Assembly: GCA_963703345.1 (NCBI GenBank)
Contig: OY969814.1
Span: 160,001-224,000, forward strand
DNA length: 64,000 nt
Reading direction: 5' to 3'
From: an uncultured Chloroflexia bacterium
GTDB taxonomy: Bacteria; Chloroflexota; Dehalococcoidia; DSTF01; JALHUB01
Under the pieces are notes generated by a model that was not told the DNA's origin, made no database searches, and saw only the letters and a list, made by a program, of their open reading frames with translations. Every line of letters begins with the position of its first letter. Positions within the stretch are counted from its first letter, which is position 1. The translations under genes were made by a program, and so were the position numbers. Positions 37,063 to 47,174 of the stretch are shown one piece after another.

Positions 37063-37950
37063 CTACCAGCCCCTGGCGGCGAGGAGTTCCTTTTCCGGTA
37101 TTTTGCTTATCTCGATGCCTACCATCGCTTCTCCCAGTCCTTTGGAGACCTCGGCGATGATCTTTGGGTCATTGTAGTTGGTCACGGCCTTCACAATCGC
37201 CGCGGCGCGGCTCGCCGGGTCTTCCGACTTGAAGATGCCGGAGCCGACGAAGACGCCGTCGGCGCCCAGGTGCATCATCAGGGCGGCGTCGGCGGGAGTA
37301 GCCACCCCACCGGCAGCAAAGTTCACCACGGGCAGGACGCCCGTCTCGTGTATCTCCTTGACGAGGTCGTAGGGGGCGGCCAGCGCCTTCGCCTCCGCCA
37401 TGAGTTCATCCGCCGGCAGGCTCTTGATGCGCCGGACTCCATCCATGACGGCGCGCATGTGGCGCACGGCTTCGACAACGTTACCCGTTCCCGCTTCGCC
37501 CTTGGTGCGGATCATCGCCGCGCCTTCGCCGATTCGGCGCAGCGCCTCTCCAAGGTCGCGACAGCCGCAGACGAAGGGAACTGTAAAGCCGTGCTTATCG
37601 ACGTGGTTCGCTTCGTCGGCCGGCGTAAGGACCTCGGACTCGTCGATGTAGTCGACGCCCAGCGCCTCCAGGACGCGGGCCTCGACGAAGTGGCCGATGC
37701 GGCATTTTGCCATGACAGGGATTGTAACAGCGGCGATGATGCGCTCGATAACGCCGGGGTCAGCCATCCGCGCGACGCCGCCCGCCGCCCTGATGTCGGC
37801 CGGTACGCGCTCCAGCGCCATAACGGCGCAGGCTCCCGCCTCTTCGGCTATCTTGGCCTGCTCGGGCGTAACCACGTCCATGATGACGCCACCCTTGAGC
37901 ATCTGGGCCAGGCCTCTCTTCACAGCCCACGTTCCCTTGGTTTCGGCCAT
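37063..37950 (-). CDS. pdxS: PLP synthase subunit
   Basis: [10 protein letters not shown]; MAKCRIGH; [10 protein letters not shown]; LAARGW. Confidence 0.97.
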   Translation of the reverse strand: MAETKGTWAVKRGLAQMLKGGVIMDVVTPEQAKIAEEAGACAVMALERVPADIRAAGGVARMADPGVIERIIAAVTIPVMAKCRIGHFVEARVLEALGVDYIDESEVLTPADEANHVDKHGFTVPFVCGCRDLGEALRRIGEGAAMIRTKGEAGTGNVVEAVRHMRAVMDGVRRIKSLPADELMAEAKALAAPYDLVKEIHETGVLPVVNFAAGGVATPADAALMMHLGADGVFVGSGIFKSEDPASRAAAIVKAVTNYNDPKIIAEVSKGLGEAMVGIEISKIPEKELLAARGW

Positions 37951-38321
37951 ACTGAATCAACCTCCTGGTGAGCAGGACGTTTCTACGTTTGATTGTACTA
38001 CCAGAATCAGCAGCGACGCAACTTGGTTGATAGTGCGTAAAAGTATATGAATGCAAGGAAAAGACGCGCGGCTCCTCTCTCCGATTTGACGATGCCGACG
38101 GCAAAGTCTACAATTAGTGTTCGATAGTGAGACGTTGCGAACCTCGTAGGAAGCGAGGTTCAACTTTTTGCGTGTCGCGGACGGGAAAGGGGCTCGAAAG
38201 CCGAATCTAGAGGATATTGCGGCTTTTCTCGACGCCAACTTATAATCTGCCAGGCAGAATGATTTCGGCAAGTTCAACCTGGCAGCTACTTAGAGGCAAC
38301 CCTTTGGCATCGCACGATCCG

Positions 38322-38759
38322 ATGGCGAAGCTGAAGACGTTCGTCGTTCCGACGGACGGCTCGGCTGCGAGCATGGAGGCCATAGCAATCGCCTGCAGCT
38401 TCGCCAAGCGCAATAAGGGCAAGGTCTATGTGGTGCACGTTATCGAGGTAAAGCGCTCTCTTCCACTGGACGCGGACCTCAGCGAGGAGGCGGCCCGCGG
38501 CGAGGAGATCCTTGCCCAGGCGGAAAAAGTCGCCGAGACTCAGGATTTCGAGGTCGAAGGGGAGTTGTTGCAGTCGCGTGAGGCCGGCCACGCCGTCGTC
38601 GACGAAGCCGCGGAACGGAGAGCGGACGTGCTGCTGGTGGGGATGGAAGCGGAAGGGCCGTTCGGAGGATTTCAGGCGGGCCGCCTGCCGCAGTACGTTC
38701 TGAAGAACGCGCCCTGCCGGGTGTGGCTGTGGCGTTCCATAGCTGAAGGGACGGCATGA
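38322..38759 (+). CDS. Universal stress protein (USP) domain
   Basis: VVPTDGS; VVHVIEV; YVLKNAPCRV. Confidence 0.88.
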   Translation: MAKLKTFVVPTDGSAASMEAIAIACSFAKRNKGKVYVVHVIEVKRSLPLDADLSEEAARGEEILAQAEKVAETQDFEVEGELLQSREAGHAVVDEAAERRADVLLVGMEAEGPFGGFQAGRLPQYVLKNAPCRVWLWRSIAEGTA

Positions 38760-39211
38760 AAGTCATCATTATGGGCTGCGGGCGCCGGGGCGCCGCCCTG
38801 GCAACGATGCTCGACGCGGAAGGGCATGACGTCACTGTCCTGGACGTCGATGCCGCAGCCTTCAGCTTTCTCCCCGATAGTTTCGCAGGCACCGAGATAG
38901 TGGGAAACGGCACGGATGAGGACTCGCTGCGACGGGCAGGAATCGAACAAGCGGATGCCTTCGTCTGCACGACGCGGGGGGACAACCGAAACGTGATGGC
39001 GGCGCAGATGGCGAAGCATATCTTCAACGTGTCGCGAGTCATCACGCTCGTCCACGACCCCATTCGCGAGGAGATGTACAGTTCCCTTGGCCTGCGCACA
39101 GTGAGCCCAACGCGGATTGTGGCGCGCTCGCTGCGGGAAGCTATCCTCGCGGAGGACGCCAGCGAAGAGGCAGGCGCCGCGGAAGAGCTGCCCGCGGGAA
39201 GCGAGGGGTAG
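38756..39211 (+). CDS. trkA: TrkA-N (RCK_N) domain protein
   Basis: IMGCGRRG; GNGTD; AGIEQADAF; GDNRN. Confidence 0.88.
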   Translation: MKVIIMGCGRRGAALATMLDAEGHDVTVLDVDAAAFSFLPDSFAGTEIVGNGTDEDSLRRAGIEQADAFVCTTRGDNRNVMAAQMAKHIFNVSRVITLVHDPIREEMYSSLGLRTVSPTRIVARSLREAILAEDASEEAGAAEELPAGSEG

Positions 39212-39215
39212 CAGC

Positions 39216-39896
39216 GTGTATATCATCGTCGTCGGCGGCGGCAAGATCGGCTATTTCCTGGCCCGACAGCTCCTCGAAGACCAGCACGAGGTGCTGATCG
39301 TCGAGCAGAACACCGAAAAGGCCGCCCAGATCGCCGAAGACCTGGGGGAGATCGTGATGGTCGGAGACGGCTGCGAGGCCGCGACGATGGAACGGGCGGG
39401 AATGGCGCGTGCTGACATGGCGATCGCTCTGACGGGCGACGACGAGGACAATCTCGTCGTCTGTCAGGTGGCCAAACACAAGTTCAGCGTCCCCTTCACC
39501 ATCGCCCGGATAAACAATCCCAAGAACGAGCGCATTTTCAAGATGCTCGGCATCAACGCCACCATAAGCTCAACCGGCGTCATCCTGGCGCAGATCGAGC
39601 AGGAGTTGCCCTCTCATCCGATGATCCCGCTGCTCACGCTCAAGGGCGGGGGCCTGGAGATCGTCGAGGTCAAGATACCGCCGGAGTCCCAGGTAGTCGG
39701 CAAGCCGGTAAAGCAGCTCCTGTTGCCGCAGAAGTCGCTGATAACGCTCATCATCGGCGCGGATGGACAACCCAGGCTGCCGACGAGCGACACGGTAATC
39801 CAGGCCGGAGACGAAGTCGTGGCGGTGACGATGCTGGACAGCGAAGAGGCGCTACGCTCAGCGCTCGCGGGCGTCTCCAGCGCACGACGATTCTAG
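39216..39896 (+). CDS. trkA: TrkA/KtrA family RCK_N-RCK_C protein
   Basis: VGGGKIG; GDGCE; TGDDEDN; RCK_C VGKPVKQL...IQAGDEV. Confidence 0.9.
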   Translation: MYIIVVGGGKIGYFLARQLLEDQHEVLIVEQNTEKAAQIAEDLGEIVMVGDGCEAATMERAGMARADMAIALTGDDEDNLVVCQVAKHKFSVPFTIARINNPKNERIFKMLGINATISSTGVILAQIEQELPSHPMIPLLTLKGGGLEIVEVKIPPESQVVGKPVKQLLLPQKSLITLIIGADGQPRLPTSDTVIQAGDEVVAVTMLDSEEALRSALAGVSSARRF

Positions 39897-39906
39897 GCGG
39901 CCCGAC

Positions 39907-40746
39907 ATGATCAAGCGCGTCGCCTATCTCGGGCCGGCCGGCACTTTCAGTGAGCAAGCAGGCCTCCTCCACGACCCGCAGGCCCAACTGGTCCCTTTCA
40001 GCACAATGGCCGCTGTCGCCACGGCCGTCGCCTCGGGCATGGCTGACGAAGGCGTGATGGCCATCGAGAACAGCCTCGAAGGCTCCGTCACCGATACGCT
40101 CGACGTGCTGATCCACGATTCGGCGCTGCTGATAAGGCGGGAGTTGGTACTGCCCATCGAGCACTGCCTGCTGGCAAAGACGGGAGTGGCAGCGGAGCAA
40201 ATCGACCTGATCTATTCTCATCCGCAGGTGCTGGGTCAATGCCGTCGCTTCCTGGAACGCTGCTTTCCCAAAGCGCCGGTCGAGGCCTCGCTTTCGACGA
40301 CGGCGGCAGTCGAGCAGATGCTGCAACGAGACGGGAGCGCGGCAATCGCGGGCGTGAGAGCGGCGGAGCTTTACGGCGCGCAGGTGGTAGCGCGCGGAAT
40401 CCAGGACAATCAGAGCAACGAGACTCGGTTTGTCGTGGTGGCGGCGGAAGACAGCCCGCAGACGGGCCACGACAAGACCTCATTCGCCTTCTCAGTTGCG
40501 CAGGACCGGCCTGGCAGCCTCGTCGACGCCCTGCACGAGTTCTCGCAGCGGCAGATCAACCTGACTAAGATCGAATCGCGCCCCACAAAGCAGGAGCTGG
40601 GCAGGTACGTCTTCCTGGTGGACCTGGAAGGCCACCGAAGCGACGCCAAGGTGGCCGATGCGCTGGAGAGGGTGAAAGCGCAGGCCTACTTCTTCAAGGT
40701 GTTCGGCTCCTATCCCCGCTTCGATACAGCGGACGCCTCACGCTAG
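39907..40746 (+). CDS. pheA: Prephenate dehydratase with ACT domain
   Basis: YLGPAGTFSE; IENSLEGSV; NETRF; INLTKIESRP. Confidence 0.96.
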   Translation: MIKRVAYLGPAGTFSEQAGLLHDPQAQLVPFSTMAAVATAVASGMADEGVMAIENSLEGSVTDTLDVLIHDSALLIRRELVLPIEHCLLAKTGVAAEQIDLIYSHPQVLGQCRRFLERCFPKAPVEASLSTTAAVEQMLQRDGSAAIAGVRAAELYGAQVVARGIQDNQSNETRFVVVAAEDSPQTGHDKTSFAFSVAQDRPGSLVDALHEFSQRQINLTKIESRPTKQELGRYVFLVDLEGHRSDAKVADALERVKAQAYFFKVFGSYPRFDTADASR

Positions 40747-40764
40747 ACATCGAGGATCGAGGCC

Positions 40765-41574
40765 GTGCCGGAGCTGCCCGACCTGGAGGCCACCCGCAAC
40801 TTACTCAACAAGCGCCTGCCCGGCGTCCGCGTTCAGGCGGCGCTTACCCTGATTCCCTTCGTGGTTCGCATGCCTTCGGCGGAGTTCGTGTCCGCGATGG
40901 AGGGCAACAGTTTCGAGGAGACGGGACGAAAGGGGAAGTTTCTTCTCATCGGGCTGAAAGACGGCCATCAACTCGTCATCAATTCCATGCTCACCGGCCG
41001 CCTTCAATATTGCCCAACGTCACAAAAGCGGCGGGCGAAAACCTGCTTCGTCCTTTCGTTGGAAGACGGGCATGACCTGCGCTACGTCGATCAGCGTCTG
41101 ATGGGGAAGGTTTACCTCGTCAAGGACGATGAGCTCGACCGCGTTCCCCAGTTCGCGGAGATGGGGCCAGATGCGCTGTCACCGAAGCTCACCGAATCGC
41201 TATTTGCGGAACGTCTCGCGCGCCACAACGGACAGATAAAGAACGTACTGACGAACCAGAAGTTCATCGCCGGCATCGGGAACGCCTATTCCGACGAAAT
41301 CCTCTTCGTAGCCAGGTCCAACCCTTTTCGAAAGCGTTCCACTCTCAGCGAGGACGATGCCCGAAGGCTATACCGCTCGATGTGTGAGGTGTTCGCCTGG
41401 GCGACCCCGCTCGTGGAGGAGGCAATACAGGAAGAGCTGCCGCTGGAGGAGGTGCGCTATTTCATGCGAGTGCATCGTCGCGGCGGCGAGGCATGTCCCA
41501 ACTGCGGCAGCCGCATCACGGACATCACGGCCGGGAACCGCGTGACGAGCTTCTGCCGTCACTGTCAGGTCTGA
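40765..41574 (+). CDS. mutM: Fpg/Nei family DNA glycosylase
   Basis: PELPD N-terminus; RKGKFL; GIGNAYSDEILF; CPNCG...FCRHCQ. Confidence 0.9.
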   Translation: MPELPDLEATRNLLNKRLPGVRVQAALTLIPFVVRMPSAEFVSAMEGNSFEETGRKGKFLLIGLKDGHQLVINSMLTGRLQYCPTSQKRRAKTCFVLSLEDGHDLRYVDQRLMGKVYLVKDDELDRVPQFAEMGPDALSPKLTESLFAERLARHNGQIKNVLTNQKFIAGIGNAYSDEILFVARSNPFRKRSTLSEDDARRLYRSMCEVFAWATPLVEEAIQEELPLEEVRYFMRVHRRGGEACPNCGSRITDITAGNRVTSFCRHCQV

Positions 41575-41608
41575 CGACACTGCCTTCGCCTGACGCGGGC
41601 GAATAAGA

Positions 41609-41628
41609 AACGGCCCTTTCCGGCCGTT
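41609..41628. terminator. Hairpin between convergent mutM and HNH genes
   Basis: AACGGCC-CTTTCC-GGCCGTT. Confidence 0.45.
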
Positions 41629-41655
41629 CTCCTTCTTCCAGACTGAGAATCGCTT

Positions 41656-42183
41656 CTAAGAAAACCCGTTCGGCACTTCCCAGCCGGGAATGAACTTCTG
41701 CCATTCCACCTGGCGTTCAAGGTGGTCGTAGAACAAATAGTAGGCCGTTGCCGGCGGGCGAGTCGGCTGGCGGAGCAGGCGCATGCGCGTTTCGCCCGGC
41801 ATCTTCCCCGCTTTGCGATGATTGCAGGGCTTACACGCCGAGACCAGGTTGTCCCAGGTGTGCGTGCCGCCCTTGTTGCGCGGAATAACGTGGTCGAGCG
41901 TCAGGTCATGGCTCCGACGGCCGCAATACTGACACATGTAGTGGTCGCGGCTGAAGATCTCTTTTCGCGTCAGGCGCATCTGAGGACGTGGCCTCCTGAT
42001 CAGGTAGACCAGGCGGATGACGGACGGCAGCGAGAAGCAGTGGCTAGGGCTCCGCAACTGTCCGTCGTTGTGCTCCAGCACCTCCGCCTTGCCGCGGTCA
42101 ACCAGAACGAAGGCCCTACGTGCGTTGCAAACGTTCAAGGGCTCGTAGTTCTGATTGAGAACGAGTACGGGGGAGTTTACCAT
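41656..42183 (-). CDS. HNH endonuclease (McrA-like)
   Basis: VLVLNQNYEPL; RDHYMCQYCG; TLDHVIP; WDNLVSACKPCNHRK. Confidence 0.93.
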   Translation of the reverse strand: MVNSPVLVLNQNYEPLNVCNARRAFVLVDRGKAEVLEHNDGQLRSPSHCFSLPSVIRLVYLIRRPRPQMRLTRKEIFSRDHYMCQYCGRRSHDLTLDHVIPRNKGGTHTWDNLVSACKPCNHRKAGKMPGETRMRLLRQPTRPPATAYYLFYDHLERQVEWQKFIPGWEVPNGFS

Positions 42184-42267
42184 GCCATTCATACCTGAAG
42201 TCGCTCTGTCGTAATGAATCATAGCAAAACGCTCTGGGCGCGGGCAACAAATGAAGGCGTCGGTCGC

Positions 42268-42762
42268 CTAGAGAGCGTCCACTGCGTTTCGGAACTCGAC
42301 GGGCAGGATGCGCAATAGGACGGGGATGCCGTTTAGAAAGATCGGGCCGAACAGCGAATCGCGGATTGCGTCCTTTGCACCGAAGGCGGGGAAGGTAACG
42401 AAAACGATGAGGAGGATTTCGGCCAGGGCCATTCCCTTCACGAAGCCGAACGCGGCTCCGAGCAGATGGTCGAAGGTACCAAGCATGAGGAGCGACGCCG
42501 TCTGCTTCAGCAGCATGCCCGCGAGCTGGCCGGCGAGGAAGCAGGCGCCAAAGATAGCCAGGAAGGCTGCAATATTGGCAGCGTTGTCGTTGTCGACGGC
42601 CAGCTTGATGTCGCTCGCCAGGTCCTGGTAGAAGAGGCCGGCAAGAACGATCCCTAGCGCGACGCCGGTGATGGTCACGATCTCGCGGATGATGCCGGCG
42701 GAGAAAGCGGAGAAGGTGAACCAGACAACGAGTACGATGATGACCCCATCAACCCAATTCAT
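42268..42762 (-). CDS. cvpA: CvpA family membrane protein
   Basis: MNWVD; GIIREI; DHLLGAAFGFVKG. Confidence 0.88.
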   Translation of the reverse strand: MNWVDGVIIVLVVWFTFSAFSAGIIREIVTITGVALGIVLAGLFYQDLASDIKLAVDNDNAANIAAFLAIFGACFLAGQLAGMLLKQTASLLMLGTFDHLLGAAFGFVKGMALAEILLIVFVTFPAFGAKDAIRDSLFGPIFLNGIPVLLRILPVEFRNAVDAL

Positions 42763-42869
42763 GCCGACCCCTCGAATCTCCCCCTTGTCCGGCAGCGGCG
42801 AACATTCACGCCGTTTGACACCGCAACCTTACGACTCGAAGATGCCGCCGTCAAGGCCGCGATTATCCT

Positions 42870-43538
42870 CTACCGAAGAACTATGGCCCGGCGGCAAACC
42901 CGCTCGCGGTACCAGAAATATGCCGGCGCCATCGTCAGAAGCCCAAACACGAACCCACCCACAACGTCGCTTGGCCAGTGGACGCCGACGTAGACGCGCG
43001 CCAGCCCGGTCAAGATGATCATCGTCACACACGCCGCGCGGAACAGCAGTCGCAGCCCTGGGTGTGCGATGAGCACTCCGGCAAGGACGAAAAGCGTCCC
43101 GTACAGAACGAAGGCTGTTGTCGCATGCCCGCTCGGGAAGCTGTAGCCGCCGACATGGTCCCTGATTTGCAGGACGGTCGCCGAGGGCCGCGGACGGGCC
43201 ACCGCCTGGGCGAGAGCCTGTCTCAGCGCTCTTGGAACAAAGGTGATCAGGACGAGCAGCGACTCCCAAGGTCTCTTGAGGAAGAGGAAAGCGGCGGCAA
43301 AGGCCAGCGTGATGACAACCGAGAGCCATGTGCCGCCGACGGTGTTGGCAAAGGTGGCCACCGGCCCGAAGTAAAAGTCGTTGAAGTCCTGCACGCGATG
43401 AGCGAGCGCCAGGTCACCGGGGAAGCGGTCGCTGACGGCGGCGAAACCGCACATGACGCCGAAGGCTGCGACTGCCGCCGCCCGGGCAATCCAGACCATT
43501 CGCCTGTCGCGAATCAGGGTCGATCTTGTTGGAGCCAC
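42870..43538 (-). CDS. PAP2-family phosphatase
   Basis: RPRP; YSFPSGH; ARVYVGVHWPSDV. Confidence 0.9.
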   Translation of the reverse strand: MAPTRSTLIRDRRMVWIARAAAVAAFGVMCGFAAVSDRFPGDLALAHRVQDFNDFYFGPVATFANTVGGTWLSVVITLAFAAAFLFLKRPWESLLVLITFVPRALRQALAQAVARPRPSATVLQIRDHVGGYSFPSGHATTAFVLYGTLFVLAGVLIAHPGLRLLFRAACVTMIILTGLARVYVGVHWPSDVVGGFVFGLLTMAPAYFWYRERVCRRAIVLR

Positions 43539-43677
43539 TTATCGTCCGATTATGGCAGGCGAAAGCCTGGCGGCTCAAGCTCGCGACCCTTGACAGCTTT
43601 TCGAATCGATACCTACAATCGGCTTGGGCCCATGAAGAACGGGCCTCCAATTTCTTTCGGTGGTGGAAGGCGGAAAG

Positions 43678-45198
43678 ATGCAACGACTCCAAGAGGAGAA
43701 TCTGCGGAAGACGGTGCGGGCCGCCCTCGACAAGTCATCCCGGGCCGCGCTTTCGACGGCATCCGGCGCCGACCTGCGCAGCGGTCTCGTCCCCTTCGCC
43801 TGCGACGACGATTTCAGCATCTATGTCGGCTTGAGGCGTAACGACGTGCGCTGCCTGCAACTCGGCTTCCACCCTGCTGTATCGCTGCTCGTGCTCCACG
43901 AATCTGACGGCGAGACACAAGAAATCGAGATAACCGGCAAGGCGATGCCGCTGCAGAAGGCGGCGCAGCGCCAGAGGGCGCGCGACTTGCTGGCCGGCCG
44001 GACGCGGTCGGCTTCAGGAGAGGAACAAGAGTACTTCCGCATCGTGCCGTTGCGGATCGAGCTGCGAAGGCAAGCGGCGAACGCAGCCTCTGCGAGCCAG
44101 ACGCTCTTGTTTCCCGCCAATCGCAGGGCCGTGGGCGAAGCAGCGCTTCTCAGGAAGAAGGCCTTTGCCTGGTTCCTCGCTATGCGGGTACCGTTTCTGA
44201 CCGCCAGCATCACGCCGGTCCTGCTCGGCGGCGCAATCGCCTGGTCCACGCGACATCAGTTCAGTTGGGCCCTGCTGCTCCTGACGATGCTGGCCGGCGG
44301 TCTGCTCCATCTCGGCGTAAACGTGATCAACGACTACTTCGACCACGTCAGCGGCAACGACGACCTCAACGTCGAATTCATCCGTCCGTTCAGCGGCGGC
44401 AGCAGAGTCATCCAGATGGGCCTCCTCTCGCCGCTGGAGATGCTCGTCGGGGCGGCCGTGCTCTTCGGCCTTGCCAGCGCAATCGGCCTATTCCTGACCG
44501 CCGCGACAGGTCCGCTGCTCCTGGCGTTCGGTGCTGCCGGCCTGCTTTCGGGGATATTCTACGTTGGGAAGCCGTTCAACTGGGGCAGCCGTGGCATCGG
44601 CGAACTCCTCGTGGGCCTGAACTTCGGCACGCTGATGACCCTCGGCGCCTATTTCGTCCAGACCGAGCGCGTCGACTGGACGCCGGTTATCGCCGCCGTG
44701 CCGCTGGCGCTCCTCATCGCCGCCGTGCTCTACGTCAACGAGTTCCCGGACTTCGCCGCCGACAAGGCCGTCGGGAAGCGCACCTGGGTCGTGCGTCTGG
44801 GCCGTCCCAAAGCCGCCTACGTATACGCAGCGATGATGGCCATTCCCTACGTGTGGGTGCTCGCCTTCGTTGTCGCCAAGTCTCTGCCCACGACAACGCT
44901 TTTGCCATTGCTAACGCTTCCGCTGGCCGTGCGCGCCACGCTCGTCGCCTTCCGCTATCACTCTCAGCCTGTTGAGCTTGCGCCCGCGAACGCTCTCACA
45001 ATCGTGACGCATCTCTCTGTTGGACTGCTCCTGACGCTTGGTTACGTCTGGGACAGCGCGGACGTGAAGGGGATGGCCTATGTAATCGGTTTCGCTGTCC
45101 TATTCACGTTCATCGTCGCCTTCGTGAGCAAGGGGATCGAGCAGGAGAAGCAGGCCTTCCTCGCCTCCCGGCAGGCGTCCGCGCCCGAACACAGCTAG
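43678..45198 (+). CDS. menA: MenA-type prenyltransferase fused to an N-terminal PNPOx-like split-barrel domain
   Basis: NVINDYFD..GND; FSGGSR; NEFPDFAADKAVGKRT; N-terminal ~155 aa soluble domain with AALST...PAVSLLV...IEITGKA. Confidence 0.85.
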   Translation: MQRLQEENLRKTVRAALDKSSRAALSTASGADLRSGLVPFACDDDFSIYVGLRRNDVRCLQLGFHPAVSLLVLHESDGETQEIEITGKAMPLQKAAQRQRARDLLAGRTRSASGEEQEYFRIVPLRIELRRQAANAASASQTLLFPANRRAVGEAALLRKKAFAWFLAMRVPFLTASITPVLLGGAIAWSTRHQFSWALLLLTMLAGGLLHLGVNVINDYFDHVSGNDDLNVEFIRPFSGGSRVIQMGLLSPLEMLVGAAVLFGLASAIGLFLTAATGPLLLAFGAAGLLSGIFYVGKPFNWGSRGIGELLVGLNFGTLMTLGAYFVQTERVDWTPVIAAVPLALLIAAVLYVNEFPDFAADKAVGKRTWVVRLGRPKAAYVYAAMMAIPYVWVLAFVVAKSLPTTTLLPLLTLPLAVRATLVAFRYHSQPVELAPANALTIVTHLSVGLLLTLGYVWDSADVKGMAYVIGFAVLFTFIVAFVSKGIEQEKQAFLASRQASAPEHS

Positions 45199-45208
45199 CC
45201 CCGTCGCG

Positions 45209-45934
45209 ATGGAAGAGAAGCTGGGCAGGGCTCGCTACGTCCGCCGCCTCTTCGACAGCATCGCCTTCCGCTACGACCTGGCGAACTTCGTCATCACTGC
45301 CGGGCGCATTGGCGCCTGGCGACGACGCCTCCTGCGCGAAGCGGACCTGCAGAACGCGGGGCTTGTCCTCGACCTCGCGACCGGCACCGGCGATCTTGCC
45401 CTGGCGATCGCGCGCCGTTCACCTCGAGCTCGCATCGTTGGCGTCGACCTCTCGCCGGAGATGCTTCGCCGGGCGCGTGAAAAGATCAAGCGAGCCGGCC
45501 TGGCGGACCAAGCGTCCCTCATTATTGCCGACGTTACCGCGCTCCCCTTTCGCGACGGCGTCGCGGACGGCGCGGTCAACGCTTTCCTGCTACGGCACAT
45601 CGTGTCACTGCCGGCCGCCTTCACCGAGTTCCGGCGCGTCCTTCGCCCGGCCGCCAAGCTGGGATGCCTGGAGCTCACGCAGCCGACGCTGCCCGTGTTC
45701 CGCGAGGCTTATCGCTTTCTTTTCCGGTACGTCACGCCGCTCCTCGGCGGCCTAGTCTCCGGCGACTACGAAGCGTTCCGCTATCTGCCGCGCTCGCTTG
45801 ACCCATACCCGGGCGCTCCCGAGCTTTCACTCATGTTGCAGAACGCGGGATATGAGGACGTGCGATGTCGCTTGCTTGCGGGCGGGATCGTCGCTGTCCA
45901 CGTGGGCGAGAAGCCGGGGGCAGAAGGACTCTAG
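45209..45934 (+). CDS. menG: Demethylmenaquinone methyltransferase (UbiE/MenG)
   Basis: FDSIAFRYDLAN; LDLATGTGD; GVDLSPEML; YLPRSL. Confidence 0.9.
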   Translation: MEEKLGRARYVRRLFDSIAFRYDLANFVITAGRIGAWRRRLLREADLQNAGLVLDLATGTGDLALAIARRSPRARIVGVDLSPEMLRRAREKIKRAGLADQASLIIADVTALPFRDGVADGAVNAFLLRHIVSLPAAFTEFRRVLRPAAKLGCLELTQPTLPVFREAYRFLFRYVTPLLGGLVSGDYEAFRYLPRSLDPYPGAPELSLMLQNAGYEDVRCRLLAGGIVAVHVGEKPGAEGL

Positions 45935-46542
45935 CGCGCCCGTATCCGATAGGTGCAACAGGCGTCGCCGCGGACGATGCAGCTCTCCAGATTAGCTGAC
46001 GCGTCGAGGAGAAGAGCGACGAACTCGGAATCGAGCGAGCAGAGCGCTTTGTGCACGCGGGCGACTTCGGGGTAGGGACAAGTGAGGCGCTGGATGAGAA
46101 AGTCTTTGCCTTCGGACGACGTCGATACCAGACAGCCCTCAGCCTCGATTACGCGGGTGACCTCGGCCACGCGCGCCGGCAGCGCCAGCCCGATCATTCG
46201 CTCCCGATAAGGCTCCGCTTTCCGAACGGCTACGCGTTTGAGGAAGTCCTGCACGCCTTCGTCGCTTGCCGTCGACATCAACTCCTCTAGAAACAGCGAC
46301 GCCAGCGTCGCGTACTTCTTGGGGTAGAGCGCGTCGCCAAGGCGGGTGAGCGAGTAGACGAGCGCCGGCCGGCCGACGCGTCCGCGCTCCTCGTGCCCTT
46401 CAATCAGGCCGTCGCGCTCCAGGATCGTTAGATGCTGGCGGATGCCGGTGGAGGTGAGGTGCAGCAACTCGCCGAGCTCCTTAACGGAACCTTTCCCGTG
46501 ACTGCGCAGGTAGTCCAGAATCTCGCGTCGTGTCGGCTGCAT
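45931..46542 (-). CDS. ArsR/SufR-like HTH regulator (COG2345)
   Basis: TRREILDYL; IRQHLTILERDGL; GRPALVYSLT; CPY..C..C Cys set. Confidence 0.85.
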   Translation of the reverse strand: MQPTRREILDYLRSHGKGSVKELGELLHLTSTGIRQHLTILERDGLIEGHEERGRVGRPALVYSLTRLGDALYPKKYATLASLFLEELMSTASDEGVQDFLKRVAVRKAEPYRERMIGLALPARVAEVTRVIEAEGCLVSTSSEGKDFLIQRLTCPYPEVARVHKALCSLDSEFVALLLDASANLESCIVRGDACCTYRIRAR

Positions 46543-46684
46543 CTGCTCCCGGCGAAGTTAACGCAGAATGGCCAATAACTTCTGATGCAATTATGCTAAC
46601 ATAGCTTTCGTCGAGCGGACAACAACGACCTGTTTGGACTAGGATTCAAGAAAGACGCGATTTTGCGGCGGAGTGATACAACAC

Positions 46685-47083
46685 ATGCCTGAGAGCGACA
46701 GCCCGATGGCGCGCAAGATGCAGGCCGACGTGATAATTGAGATGGCCGCCCAGAAGCTTCGCCAGCTGCTGCAGGAGGCCGTCGCTCTGCTCGAGCTCTT
46801 TCCGCCGTTCCCCGGTTCCTTCTTCACGCTCGCCATCGAGGTCGAGGGAGGCGCGGCGGGCGGGCCGGAGCACGGTTGCGTCGTGCTGGGACCCGACGCC
46901 GAGTTGCACGAACTGGAGGTGACCATCGATTTCCCGCCGGGAGAATTCGACCCGGTCGCAGCCCGAAACGAGGTCTTGAAGCCGCTGGAGCTTCATCCGC
47001 GGGATTACGTTGTCTACGCCTACAACGCACTCACTCGCGTCACAGAGCTGTTGATGGAGCAGCAGGCCGGCGAGTCAGCCTGA
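46685..47083 (+). CDS. Hypothetical protein
   Basis: About 132-aa ORF with GCVVLGPDAELHEL; followed by a hairpin near 47100-47120. Confidence 0.65.
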   Translation: MPESDSPMARKMQADVIIEMAAQKLRQLLQEAVALLELFPPFPGSFFTLAIEVEGGAAGGPEHGCVVLGPDAELHELEVTIDFPPGEFDPVAARNEVLKPLELHPRDYVVYAYNALTRVTELLMEQQAGESA

Positions 47084-47174
47084 GGGCGGTATCAGCCAGC
47101 CGCCGTTCGAAAAGCGGCGTATGGCGGGCGTCGTTTTGGTATGATAGACGCTGCATTGTGGAGGGGGCTTTTCG

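Noticed and set aside
41656-42183. HNH gene as a mobile homing endonuclease or defence system
   Set aside because: Standalone member of a widespread chromosomal family; no intron, methylase or other defence genes adjacent
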